Source: a virus
Taxonomy: Duplodnaviria; Caudoviricetes
Virus record (IMG/VR): IMGVR_UViG_3300028805_000070
Location: 1 to 64,000 of that record
DNA length: 64,000 nucleotides
Reading direction: 5' to 3' (one strand)
Shown: positions 52,282-64,000 of the stretch, one piece after another
Position numbering within the stretch: the stretch's first letter is position 1
Layout of the letters: each line of letters starts with the position of its first letter
Program-made: the position numbers and the translations under genes
The notes under the pieces: model-generated
Seen by the model: only the letters and a program-made list of their open reading frames with translations
The model's database searches: none
Told to the model about the DNA's origin: nothing

Positions 52282-55200
52282 ATGAGTGACAATTCTAATA
52301 AAAATGTCCGCGATTACGAAGTCTCCATCTGGACCCTTCAGGATAGTTATTTAACTACCCTGAAGTGGTCTAAATCTAGTCATAAGGGACAAATATAGAA
52401 TCCTAAGATGACCTTAGCGGATGATGGAACCCAATCATTTTCTTTCAGCATCCCAATGTATTTATATGTTTAGGATGGAGACGTATTAGTTAAAAAGGAA
52501 AATCCCAATTGGTATGTTATAAAAGATAATAATTTATTAATAGAAAATATGCGAAAAATTAAGGTTATTTTTAATAAAACTTTTGGTACTGAAGACGAAA
52601 AGAAAGCCAATGGGGAACGCATATTTGAATTTTTAATTACTAAAGTAACTGAATAGCATGAGAGTGATAATTTAACCTGTGAAGTAACATGTGAAGGGCT
52701 GGCTTTTCATGAGTTAGGAAAGCAAGGATATAAAATCGAATTAAGTAGCGACGTATTCGTTAATAGAGATTATATTTATTATCATGGTGAGCCTGTCGCA
52801 GATACATATATAGTATCTGAACAAGCCAATCAAAAGCGTTCATATATTTGGTATGATAATTTACATTAGCCGCACGCTGAATGTCCAGAAGCAACATTAG
52901 ACTACTGGATGAATGATTTAGGAATTAAGCACGCGAGATACACATATAAAACAGTCAAAATTACAGATGAAAATAAAACCTGCTTAAATGGTTTAAATAT
53001 TACTGATAATCCTAAGGAATAGCGTACAGATCTGAACTCAACTGAATGGTATTATGATGTATAGATGAATTAGAGTTTTTATACAGATATGATTGAAGAT
53101 GGCGATGAACGTCGTAGTGATTAGATTTATGAAGAGCCTTATGTTAGTTCTTGGGATAAAAATTTATCCCCTCTAAAAATAGAAAGTGCTCGTGTAAAAT
53201 AGCGTATGATAGATGCTAGTGAAAGTAATTTATATAATCTTACATAGACCATTGCTGAAACTTTTGAAGTATTTTGCCGCTATGAATATCTTTACGATGA
53301 AAATTATTCAATTAAAGGACGTAGAATTATTTTTTATAATAACTTTAATGCCGAAGATGAGTAGGCATATTTTGAATATTTAACATATCCTTATACGTCA
53401 TCTGCTATCACGCGTGAATATGACAGTACCGATATTACTACAAAAATGTATGTGCGTCCAGAAACGGATGATAGTAATTTAACCGGATAGATTAGTATCA
53501 TTGATAGTCCCGCAAATCCAACTAAAGAAGATTATATAATGAATTTTGACTATTTAAAAGAAATCGCAACTATTTCACAAGAATAGTATGATGCTATTAC
53601 TGAATATAATCAAAAGATGAAATTATATAATGAAGGAACTTCCTATAGTTCAAATCCATTACCACGGGTTAATGGGAATTATACTGGCGAAGTACTTTCT
53701 CTTGATGAGAATTATAAACGCTATAATAATAGAATTTATAGTCAAGATGGCGATAATGATGCTTGGCGGCAATACGGTCTAATTACTTTACAAGAATAGC
53801 TAATTTCTAAAAAAAGTAGAAAGATTGAACTGGAAGCGAAACTTACAGTCGCTAGAAATTCAATTACCGAAGCGGAAGAACGTATCGCAGATGCTTCTTA
53901 GCATATAGGGAGCGGCGCAGAGAAGTCTCCTAATGCTTTTTCACGTGATAAAAATAATCCAATGGTAACTAGCCTTGTTACTTATGAGAATAAAAAAAAT
54001 AATAAAACTAAAACTTATTATAAAGTAACAAACTTTTCAGATACTGGTATTAATGCTAATAGTATTCATATGTATCGTGACTATGATGATAAAAAAAAGA
54101 AGTTTCCTGTATATAAACAAACAGGAACTGTGCCAGAATCGACTTTTTTTTCACAAGTTAATGAACAATTAAATTTTAATGAAGATCCAGCGCGGCAAGC
54201 AGTCGAGACCTATCGTCTATTAATTGCTCCTAATCAAACGGATTAGTAGTAGATACAATCTATTCTTCAAAGATATATTACTGAGTTAAGTAAATATAAT
54301 GAAAATAAGGAGTCTTTAAAAGAAGATACAGGTCTAATTTTTTCTAGTTAGAGTAAGATAAAAGAAACTGACACTGATAATTTATTTAATAAATATAACA
54401 TTCAATACGATGAGATTGGTTGGGCTTTATTTACAATTGGCTATGCCAAATTAAACGATTCTTTAAATGCTACTGCTACTGAAGGCGGATGGGCAAATAA
54501 AAAATTCTTTTCTATTATTGGCCCTAATGGTAAAACTGAATATAAATTAACCGCTCAAACAGATAAAAAAGGTAATCATTTTATTAAAAAGGATGATTGG
54601 AATGCTTGGATTGCTAGTCGTTTAGCTTGGTGTTTAGTAGCTTGTGATGGGATAGAACGAAGTAATATTTCATTAAAGAAAGGTTCTAATAGGTATGATG
54701 TTGTATGCACACTACCGTGGGCTAAATTAGCTTCATCGTCAGACTATATTAAAGCGACAGTTTCAGATAAAGGTAAGGCGCAATGGAGTTGTAGTCTTGG
54801 GAGCCGTATCGCAGAGAATAAAACCTCTTTTAAAGATTTGCGTAATAAGGCAACTACTGAGAGTTATTATGAATTATTAGAATCAGTTGGTATTCACCGT
54901 TATCCTAATGAAATTGTAGGATTCAATGTAAAAACTGATAATTACGGACATGCTACTAGTATTGTCGCTATTCCTTATAATGAAAATGAAAGCTAGTTAA
55001 CTAAAGTATATTTAACATATTTTTATAATCCAATAACTCACTACAAAGCTGTAAAAGATATGTGGATTAAACGATTAACTAAGTCATAGTCTGAAGAAAG
55101 AATGTACGTATATACATTAACATATTTAAATCGTGTAATTAATAACTTTGAAGAAGTTATTAGGATTATGCTGAAGGAAAAATTTGAAGATGTACGTAAG

Positions 55201-58200
55201 TTTGATCATCTGATGGGCCCAGCAATGCGCGAAAGTTATTGGCAGCCTGAAGATTATAGAGACTATGGCGATTATTATTCTGCCTAGTTAAATCGTATTT
55301 ATTTTAATCATAATAGTATAAAAATGCCAAAATGGCGTTTGAATAAGATTAGTGCAGGATTTTTCTGGGATAATAAGCCTTTTCCAGAAGAAGAAACTGG
55401 TTATTATGAATTAGGCGTAGATTAGAAAAAAGCTTATTATCCATGTATTGATTTAGAAGCCTTCTTTAAATCAGTCGAAGAGACAGCAATTGCAAATAAT
55501 GCTCGGCCGCCTGTCATGTATACGCCAAATATATCTAAAGATTTTACAGCTGAAGAGGGCATAGACCCTCCAAGTGCTACTGAAGAGGAATTAGATTAGT
55601 TGTTTGATTACGTACTAACTAAAGGAAACGGCAAAACTTATCAAGGCACTTCTGGCACTAGTTATTAGGATGATCAAGTATATCGAAGCAGCGCGCAGAC
55701 CGCTATAAATGAATTTATTGCTCATTTGCCTTATTTTACTTTTGCTTTTTATAATGACTCATTTGATAAGTAGAAGTATAGTGCAGAAAAAAAGAATTAT
55801 GTAACAGATAGAACATTATATGCTAAAAAAGATGCAAAGGGGAATATTGAATGGGCATATAAAATAAAAGCCATTAATACGATGAATATTGATGGTAATA
55901 GTAATACTGATAGCAATAAAACTGTTATATATACCGAAGTTCCAGTACAGCGAGAAGAGGATGACCATGTTTTTTATCGCGTGGGTTCTGTTACAGCTAA
56001 AGGTGTATTTGTAGAAAACGATGAAGCTTAGCTAGTTTTTGTCAGAAACAAGAAGACTAATGTAATTAAACCAGTTTTAATGTTAAAAGGGTTAGACACG
56101 CTTCCTGAGTCAACATTACATTATATTACAAAACAAAAGGTAAGCTATGATACGAAATCATTTTTAAATAATAGTTAGTATGCAATAAATACATATTATG
56201 AAATTCATCCTGGCGCTTAGCCAGAATTGGGATACTATACTGAAAATGGTTTTACACCGATAGGAACAGTGCAGAAAAAACATTGGCTTTCTTGGAACAG
56301 TGATAATGACTATGAACTAGTATATCCTCGTATAAAAATTAATTCTTTATAGTTAAAGCCAGAAACAGTGGCCTTATCATTGAACTGTCAAACATTGGTT
56401 TAGTATGAAGATTATTATGTATTTACGCGAGATTCAGATTATTTAATTACTTTAAAACCATATACTTTTTATTCTGAAAAAGGTTCACGTGAAGCTATTG
56501 CTAAAAAGATTGAAGAAAGCGGCGGTAATGTATCAGAACTATTAAAAACCGTATCAACAGTTAACAATGGTTATGAAGACGCTTCTTTTTCTGAAGGAAC
56601 TGACGCCATTCATGCTCGTGTAAGTGGTAGTCATTCTACCAGCGGTTCAGGCGCTACTGATGATGATATTACACCTTTAAATGAGGAAGAATGGAATAAC
56701 AATGGATATTTAGAGAAAATTAGTATCATGCGTGAATTAGGCTTCTATTCAAGTAAAATGAAGTCTGTTTATAAACCCTTACGCATTACTTATGCCATAT
56801 CTAATGGTGGAACAAGAACCTATTTAGATGCCTTAAAAGTATTAAAAGAAAATTCTAAACCTAAAGTTACTTATACTGTTACACCGAATATTTTAAATAC
56901 AAATTTAATCAATTAGCTATATAATAAGTTATGCCAGATAGTTTCTATTAATGACCATGAATTAAAATTTAATAATGTATTCGGTTATATTTCTTCTATG
57001 GACTTAGACTTAGATAAACCTTGGGAAGATACAATTGAAATAAAGAATTACACTAATAAGTTTGAAGATTTATTTAGTTCCATTACAGCATAGACAGAAG
57101 CAATGAAAAAGAATTCCGGCATTTTAGCAAGTTTTGGCGCTGGGAATTTACCTGTTACAATTGTTTAGTCAGTAGAAGATACAATGACGGATGCACTTTA
57201 GAATTCTCCTATTATAAATAATTATTTAATGGAAGAATTTGATAGCGCGCAAGTCGTGAAAGATACATTGTATGATATCGTAGATTAGACTAATGTAATA
57301 TTAGGTAGTAGTACGGCCGCGATAGATGAGCTTACTACTTTAAACAATTTAAATGCAACTATTTTAGGTTCCTTAGTAAAAAATATTGAAGCACTTACTG
57401 CGCCTCAAGTTTTTAATGGAGATCCTAGCACAATTATTGGCTATAAGGCCGGTGATATCTGTTATGGAAGTGATGGCAAAGCATATATTGCCACCTCATC
57501 GGCAGGTTTCATGCCGTTCTTCGACGGCACGGTATCTAAAATTACTGGTGCAAGTGTAGATTGGGATGCTGACAAGGGTACTGTTGATATTCATGGAGCG
57601 ACTTCTATTGATATAAAAAGTGGAAATGATATTGATATTGCCGCAGACGCGAATATTTATATTATTGGTAATAAGTCAGTTAATATTGGCGGCGCAACAA
57701 TTAATATTGGTAGTGCGACAATTGATGATGGCACGAGCACGGGTGAAGAGGTCGTAGGTGGAATTAATATTGTTTCTTCTCATGTAGATTAGAAGAATAA
57801 GGCGAATAGTAGCTTGTCAGGTGTTTGGATTAATCCAAAGTCTATTTCAATGTTAAGCTCTAATATTGTAATGGAAGGTAGCAAACGTATTGTAATGAGC
57901 GCGTCAAAAGGCACGAACGTAGCAACCTCTGGAATTTAGATTGATGTTGATCAAGGAATTTGGATTGGCTCAGGAAAAGGTGTTAATATATATTCTGGGG
58001 CAGCATTTAAATTGACAAGTGATAATAGCGATGATGATGAAAATTAGAAATTGGTACTAAATGGTACACCAGGTACTTCATTATCATTAAATGGAAAGCG
58101 TGCACTTATAGGCACGTCTAATGATACTGCTGCGACAGTAATACGTATAAGCTCTGATTAGATGGTTATTGGTTCAGCAAAAGGATTCGGATTAACTGAT

Positions 58201-59877
58201 ATAAGCGGTGATAATGTCGATATTCCTGTTCCTTAGGCTAAACAAAATGCTAACATAATAGGCGCTGTCTTTTCTTCTTAGAATATAGGATTTGCTACCA
58301 GAAAAGGAACTTATCGTAATTTAATCGCAATGGATGAAACTGGTATTACACTAGGCCAAGCTCGGGTGAGTGGAAATGCTTATGCTTTACATGGCAGTGA
58401 CGAGACTTCAGAATCTATGGTAAATGATAACATTGAGGGCTCGTATGTTAAAATTGGTGTTGATGGTATTAAATTAGGCTCATTAGCAAATATGTATATT
58501 AATACTAATAATTTTAAATTACAGACCAAAGCTGATGAATCTACAGGAGAGCATACCATTCTTGCTGTAGGGACTCATTTTAATAATGTGTCTGGTAGTA
58601 CTGTTAATAACATTTTTGGCGCGGATACTGAGAATTCTGTGAAAGCGGGATTAGTATTTAATGCGAATGGTTTATTTATTAAAGGAACTGTATATGCAGA
58701 TGCGGGACAGTTTACAGGGACGGTCTATGCCACAAATGGCAGCTTTAGTGGTTCTATTTTTGCAGCGCAAGCGAGTAAAATTGCCGGTTTCTATATTGGA
58801 AATACATATATGGCTTCTATATTTAATAATAACAGTAATGATTATCATAAAAATAATTTAAGCAGTACTTATAGAGGAGTATATATTGGAACAGATGGAA
58901 TTAATATTAGTAGTAATTATGATTCTAACAGTTCTACACCTGAGAATACTATCTATGGGGATATTTTATTTAAAATAGATATTCCACAACGTATTTTAAC
59001 TTTTGGAAACTACCAAAAAACTTCAAAGCCAACTTTATTAACTGTAAATTAGGGTACTTCAACAGTTTCATTACATGGTATTTTTATATTAGACCCAGAC
59101 AAAGTGGCAGTTGCAGATGGGTATGCCTCTTTATCGATTCACTCCGATGGCGATCCATATTGTATATATACATCCGGTGCATATAGCAGATCAACAGACC
59201 ACTATCATATAGAAGATTATACTTTTGGTATTAATCATATTGGAGAATTATTTTGTTCTACATTAACTACAGGTGGAATAAGCGCATATTCTTTAAGTGT
59301 CCGGTCTGCTTCTTTTTATATTGATAATGTGTATGGGTTAAGATGTTTTAATGATAAATTTAGTGTTGATGTAAATGGTAATATTACTGCTAGTGATATT
59401 ACTGTTAGTAATATTACCGCTAATGCTATTACTGCTAATGATAATCTTATCGTAGGAGACGTATCTAATCTTGAAATGTCACCTAGTTCCGGAAACTCCT
59501 CTAGTTCCGGAAGCTCATCTAGTTCTGGGAACACCTCTAGTTTTACCAATGGATCGATTATTGCCGAAACAACAATTGCTGCAGGGGCATCAATTGCTGC
59601 AGGAGCATCCATTCGCGCGGGAACTTCAATTCGTGCAGGAACTTCTATAGCTTGCAATAATTTTTTATATATTAATGGGACAGATACTACTGGTACTAAT
59701 ACAACAAATATTGCAAGAATTGTTTTTGGAAGTAATGATACTGATTATCCTCGTCTCGTATCAAGAAAACGTGGTGGGAAATGGTAGTTGGTTTGGTTAT
59801 ACGCCTCTGGCAAAGAAACTATTCTCGCTTCAGAAGATGATTCTCAAACTACTTGGCAACCAAGGTCGTCAACCTAA
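52282..59877 (+). CDS. Large tail-associated/host-recognition protein, Tal/spike-like (~2531 aa, TAG read through)
   Basis: Fragments share one frame; SNLYNLTQ.IAETF and I.TK.YV hub motifs; beta-rich C-terminus; TAG-TAG-TAG at 54244-54252. Confidence 0.75.
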
Positions 59878-59904
59878 GGAATAAAAATCTTAAGCTAAAA
59901 AAAT

Positions 59905-59940
59905 AAAGCCCGCTCCTTTCGGAGCGGGCCATTTTCTTTT
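59905..59940. terminator. Bidirectional terminator between convergent blocks
   Basis: GCCCGCTCC-TTTC-GGAGCGGGC with A and T tracts. Confidence 0.85.
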
Positions 59941-59944
59941 CCCC

Positions 59945-60337
59945 TTATTCTTCATCAAACTCAATAAAGTTCTCAAGCTGCGCCATTTCAGCTGGCGTAA
60001 ACTCAACCTCACCAATATCATCCATCTTAATCTTATTCGCGCTAATTTCCACATTCGTATCAAGCAGCTCGCGCAACTCTCTACTAAATGCTTCCATTTG
60101 CTCTGCGGGAATCCTTACATTACCATTTTCCTCGGTCTTAAGTTCTCCATTCTCATCCTTCTCACCGTATTTCTTAATTAGTTCCATACGAGTCTCATTA
60201 AAGGACTGAATTTCCGCATCAGCACTTTTTAGAATCTTACCAACTGCATAAGCGCAGCGTGCCTTTAATTGTTTCTGACTTAATCCTTTAAGCCCCTCAG
60301 TCGCATTGACTAATTCTTCTAGCTTTACATTAATCAT
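59945..60337 (-). CDS. Hypothetical helical protein
   Basis: R..LIKKYG.KDE.G pattern common in phage proteins; ATG overlaps the upstream TGA. Confidence 0.75.
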   Translation of the reverse strand: MINVKLEELVNATEGLKGLSQKQLKARCAYAVGKILKSADAEIQSFNETRMELIKKYGEKDENGELKTEENGNVRIPAEQMEAFSRELRELLDTNVEISANKIKMDDIGEVEFTPAEMAQLENFIEFDEE

Positions 60338-61083
60338 ATATCTTCTCCCCAAGTGCTATGCACTCTTATCTTATTACAAAAGTATTTACCAATACAAATA
60401 GCATCTGCTTCATCTTCAGTACACTGTAAATTATACCAAATTTTAACTTTGGCTTGCGCCGCCTTCTTCCGCGCTTCTCGATGCTAATCACCGTCGCCAA
60501 CGCCGCAGTAGCTGCGCCATTCGCTTGGATAAACTAAGTCGCTATCTATACAGGCTTCAAATAGCGTGTCTAATATTACACCCTATAAATTAGCTAATGT
60601 CTAAAATGTTTTAACTTGTGCCTAAGCCGCGGATGCGCCATACTTTTGTAGCTATATATTTTCTATGCCCACAAAATCCGGTTCCCATTCTTTCAATGCG
60701 GCTTTAAGCCAATTTTTAACCTAATTAATTCTTTCTGTGGCTGGTAATGTCGCGCTAGTTTTAAAAGTACCGTAACCGACTAATGCTTTATTATCATAAA
60801 TGGAATAACCAGTTACTCCAGTTGCGGCATCTAATGCTAGCACTCTTAGCGTATCGTCTCCTTTAGGCGGTACCTTATTTTTTTTAACCTTATATGGGTC
60901 ACCAGCCATACAAATATCGCATATTTTATGCTTGCGCCAGTACTCAAATGTTTGCTACTGCTAATGTCCTTGCGGACATTGCATATCTAATGGTGTCTTT
61001 AAATTCTTATAAGTTTCACTTATAAGTTTCCATCCTTCGGCTTCTAAGGCATTCTATACAGTATATATATTAATACTTGCCAT
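60334..61083 (-). CDS. RuvC-like Holliday junction resolvase with N-terminal zinc finger (249 aa, TAG read through)
   Basis: VLALDAAT..TGYSI, VGIENI, P.EWR, EDEADAICIG catalytic motifs split by TAGs; CPQGH...CDIC. Confidence 0.85.
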
Positions 61084-61877
61084 TAGACGCCGGTACTCCC
61101 AAAGCCATTTTCGCCTCGGTCGGAATCCTCTAAGGAGTCTACAACCTTCGCCTTAAAGCGATAGGAAGGCATTACCATTAGCTGAGCAATACGGTCACCC
61201 GCATTAATAATGTGTGGAGTATCGGAAATATTATCATATAGAACACCAAGCTCGCCGCGATAGGAAGAATCAATAATTCCAACGCTATTGCTTAGACGCA
61301 GAGCAGTGTTCGCGCCAATACTAGACCGTGGGAAAATCATAGCAACCCAACCTTCTGGTAGCTGGATTTTTACGCCAGTACGAATCTTATTTCCGAGAGA
61401 ATTACCTTGAAGCACGGTAGTTTCCAGCGCATATAGATCCGCTGCTGCGTCTGTATCATGTGCATAGGTGGGAACCTGCACACCTTCCTCTAGGCAAATT
61501 GGTAGGTCAATTGCATACATATGATACTTTTCAAAAGCCGTATCAAAGATATTGAAAATCTTCTCAATGATGTTATCAAGTACTTTCTTCTTATTCCCCG
61601 TGATAATTCCATCGCCATATACTAGCTGGTTAACAAGGTCTTTAATAGCATCTACTGATTGTAGAGCTTCTGCGCGAGAAGCGCCTTGTGTTTCTAGATT
61701 TTGAATAATCTGGTTTACAGATGTCCGCATCTGTTCTGGAGAAAAACTCTCATTCAGCGCGGCTAAAAGCTGTTCCATAGATTCATCTGTAAAATACTTA
61801 TCATCAAGATTCTTTAGGCTATTAACAGCATCTACAAATGCTTTAATGCCTGGGTCATTTACTAATTGTTCGTTCAT
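61083..61877 (-). CDS. dut: Trimeric dUTPase with long N-terminal extension
   Basis: AAADL, PRSSIG, GIIDSSYRGE, GDRIAQL, RGENGFGSTG. Confidence 0.92.
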   Translation of the reverse strand: MNEQLVNDPGIKAFVDAVNSLKNLDDKYFTDESMEQLLAALNESFSPEQMRTSVNQIIQNLETQGASRAEALQSVDAIKDLVNQLVYGDGIITGNKKKVLDNIIEKIFNIFDTAFEKYHMYAIDLPICLEEGVQVPTYAHDTDAAADLYALETTVLQGNSLGNKIRTGVKIQLPEGWVAMIFPRSSIGANTALRLSNSVGIIDSSYRGELGVLYDNISDTPHIINAGDRIAQLMVMPSYRFKAKVVDSLEDSDRGENGFGSTGV

Positions 61878-61888
61878 ATTTATACCTC

Positions 61889-62098
61889 TCAATCACTATA
61901 AGTTTTTTCGGTAGTCACAACCATCCACATATCAACCACTTCGCCCTTAGACTTTTTAGTTTTTACGACATAGCCGGACTTAGTTAGGGTGTAGCCGCCA
62001 GAAATCTGCTTATCTTTCGCATCTTCAATCATACTCATTGCTTCTTCTTCGGTATCTACCCTATAAACATCAGTTGTCTTCAATAGTTGCTGTGCCAT
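61889..62098 (-). CDS. Small hypothetical protein
   Basis: RVDTEEEA...KTKKSKGE pattern; coupled to neighbours. Confidence 0.7.
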   Translation of the reverse strand: MAQQLLKTTDVYRVDTEEEAMSMIEDAKDKQISGGYTLTKSGYVVKTKKSKGEVVDMWMVVTTEKTYSD

Positions 62099-62459
62099 CT
62101 TCTTCATTCTCCTTTGCTTTTTCTTCGTTTAGTTTTCTTAGCTTTTGAATCAAATCTATATAATTAAGCTTTGTGGCGGTTTCATTTATCTCATCAATCT
62201 GAGACTTCTAAGCCACTTTAGCTTTATTACCTTTATTTTTCTTTGCGAGTGCTCGCCGTTGCGCCCGATTTAACTTAACGCCACCGTTGATTTTTGTTAC
62301 AGTAAAATCTGTAATCTTCTTCATAATTTCATCATCAGTTTCGGCGCCAACTAGTGCTTCGGCTTCTGCATAAGTTATACCTTGAATCTCTGCGAAGCGC
62401 TTAATTAAATCATTTGTTTGCGGCAACTCGATATTGCTTTTAGCTTCTGCATATTCCAT
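62070..62459 (-). CDS. Hypothetical protein (129 aa, one TAG read through)
   Basis: NRAQRR motif; frame continues past TAG 62208 to TGA 62070-62072. Confidence 0.65.
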
Positions 62460-62944
62460 TATAAATCTACCTCTTTCAACTTAGCAGGTTCCTTTGATGG
62501 CATCGTTTCACGTTCATTCCAAAGAGTGATATACCATCGAGTTGGGTCGCCTTCGCACTGTAATTTATGCTCAATCTTAAAACGATTAAAATTAATTTCA
62601 GGCTCAATAAAAGCTTCATCTTTTCCCGTTTCGGCACTGCGCCAGAAATTATCTGCTTGTGTTGTCCATCTCAACCAATGGTGCCGAGTAAGTAGCGCAT
62701 AAACCTTAGGCGATAATAATGACATTTCTAACACTATTTTCCATCCAGTCTTAGAGTCATATTTTTCATAATATTGAGTAAGCTGGTCAAAATAAACTTC
62801 GTGTTTTTCTTTACTATCCCACAGTCTATCATAAACTGTTAATAGTATATTTGGAATTTCTTTCTTTCCATACCAATTTTCGCGCGGATATTTCTGAATA
62901 GGATGCTCATCGTTTTCTATGTCAAGTCTATTAAAATATTCCAT
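62459..62944 (-). CDS. Hypothetical protein
   Basis: GGAGG RBS; translationally coupled. Confidence 0.7.
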   Translation of the reverse strand: MEYFNRLDIENDEHPIQKYPRENWYGKKEIPNILLTVYDRLWDSKEKHEVYFDQLTQYYEKYDSKTGWKIVLEMSLLSPKVYALLTRHHWLRWTTQADNFWRSAETGKDEAFIEPEINFNRFKIEHKLQCEGDPTRWYITLWNERETMPSKEPAKLKEVDL

Positions 62945-63979
62945 TTATCCTCCCGCGTTACGGTTATAACCGAACGTTTGTGTATCAAAGAATTCAATAT
63001 AGTATTTTTCAAGCTCGGATAGCTTATCCTTATCGCAATAAGTAATTACTTCAATTGACCAGTTCCAGAATCCTGTCTTTAATATTTCGTGATGAACCGC
63101 TTGGTCTGCGATGCTTTTAATTCCAATCGAGGACTTAAAATGGTCTGCTATTCGTTTCTTTATATCAGTACTTTTTCCAATATAAGCCTTGCCGCTATCC
63201 AAATTTGTTAATTTGTAAATCCCTGGCTCTGGCTTAATTTCTATACGTTTAAAAGTATCATCCAAATTAGGTTTAACATACTCTGCCCAAACTAGCTTTG
63301 ATATAATATCTGGATGCTAAACCTTTGCGGCGACAGTAGTAAGCAAAAATTCAATATCCTCTCGATATTCTTCAGGCAACTATATGGTATAGAATAATTT
63401 TGCCTATTTATCCATTTCATACTAAAGTAGCGGTTTGCGTAAACTTAAAAAGCGTTCACGCTGCTGTTCTTCGGCAAGCTAATATTCCTTAACTTTAGCT
63501 TGGGCTTCTTCAATTTGCTCAACCATCCATTTCTTGGCTTCTTCGGCCTACTTATCGCATTCTTTTAAAGTCTTATCTAACTCAGATTGCAAAACTGATT
63601 TCTTTTCATTAAATGTTTCGTCCAATGACTCTTGGCGGCGTTGCCGCTATTCATCCATTAAAGAATCCAATTCAGTCATCTTGTCATTTACTAGATGATT
63701 ATATTCATCACGTGCATCTGATAAACTAGTTTTTGCACTGTCTAATGAATTATATATATCAGTTAATTTTTGTTGCTCTGAATTAACTCTGAGTTGTATA
63801 TCCATTAATTTATAGCGATACTATTCTAGCGCTTCTTCATCAGAACTTAATTCTTTTTTAAGTTTAGCTGCCTGTTCATGATATTCATCTAATAGCTATG
63901 TATCAATAGATTGCTTTTGATAAAGTTTATACCCCAGAAATCCGATAGTAACTAAGCATAAAATTAAAACTACAACCAT
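62945..63979 (-). CDS. Membrane-anchored coiled-coil protein with C-terminal GIY-YIG nuclease (344 aa, TAG read through)
   Basis: N-terminal MVVVLILCLVTIGFLGY, ~190-aa coiled coil with several TAGs, then GIYKL...AYIGKS...R...H...E...GYN. Confidence 0.8.
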
Positions 63980-64000
63980 ATCATCACCTTTTTCTCTTGA

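Noticed and set aside
20914-59877. Fragmented structural genes as pseudogenes or a decayed prophage
   Set aside because: Breaks are TAG only, the frame is preserved, and conserved motifs continue across them; recoding explains this.
52282-59877. Diversity-generating retroelement target in the tail protein
   Set aside because: No reverse transcriptase and no template/variable repeat pair seen in the window.
1-64000. Amber suppressor tRNA, integrase or lysis genes
   Set aside because: None recognisable by eye in this window; they may lie elsewhere in the genome.

Overview
This window is part of a large tailed phage genome (siphovirus-like). The host is probably a Firmicute/Clostridium-type gut bacterium, judging from sigmaA-type TTGACA / TG-n-TATAAT promoters and strong Shine-Dalgarno sites. 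There are three blocks. (1) 1-19.6 kb is an accessory/early region built as an array of self-contained cassettes (promoter, conserved leader, one to three small genes or a structured non-coding RNA, terminator). The cassettes are separated by 37 copies of a 19-bp palindrome, TTRGATGTA-N-TACATCYAA, usually exactly 9 bp upstream of a -35 box. Two cassette blocks are inverted precisely between palindromes. The array holds two paralogous ~290-nt structured RNAs, a tRNA-like element, two DEDDh exonucleases, a kinase-like protein, a HAD nucleotidase and a winged-helix paralog family. An orphan PD-(D/E)xK-like gene lies next to its end. (2) 20.9-59.9 kb is a + strand morphogenesis operon that only reads through if TAG encodes an amino acid (most likely Gln, genetic code 15). 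It contains terminase, portal, protease/scaffold, capsid, head-tail proteins, a tail tube gene split by a group I intron carrying a GIY-YIG homing endonuclease, a ~4756-aa tape measure protein, Dit and a ~2531-aa tail protein. (3) 59.9-64 kb holds - strand DNA-metabolism genes (RuvC-like resolvase, dUTPase, membrane-anchored GIY-YIG protein), partly recoded as well. Coordinates and counts were read by eye. Product calls rest on motifs and gene order, not on database searches.
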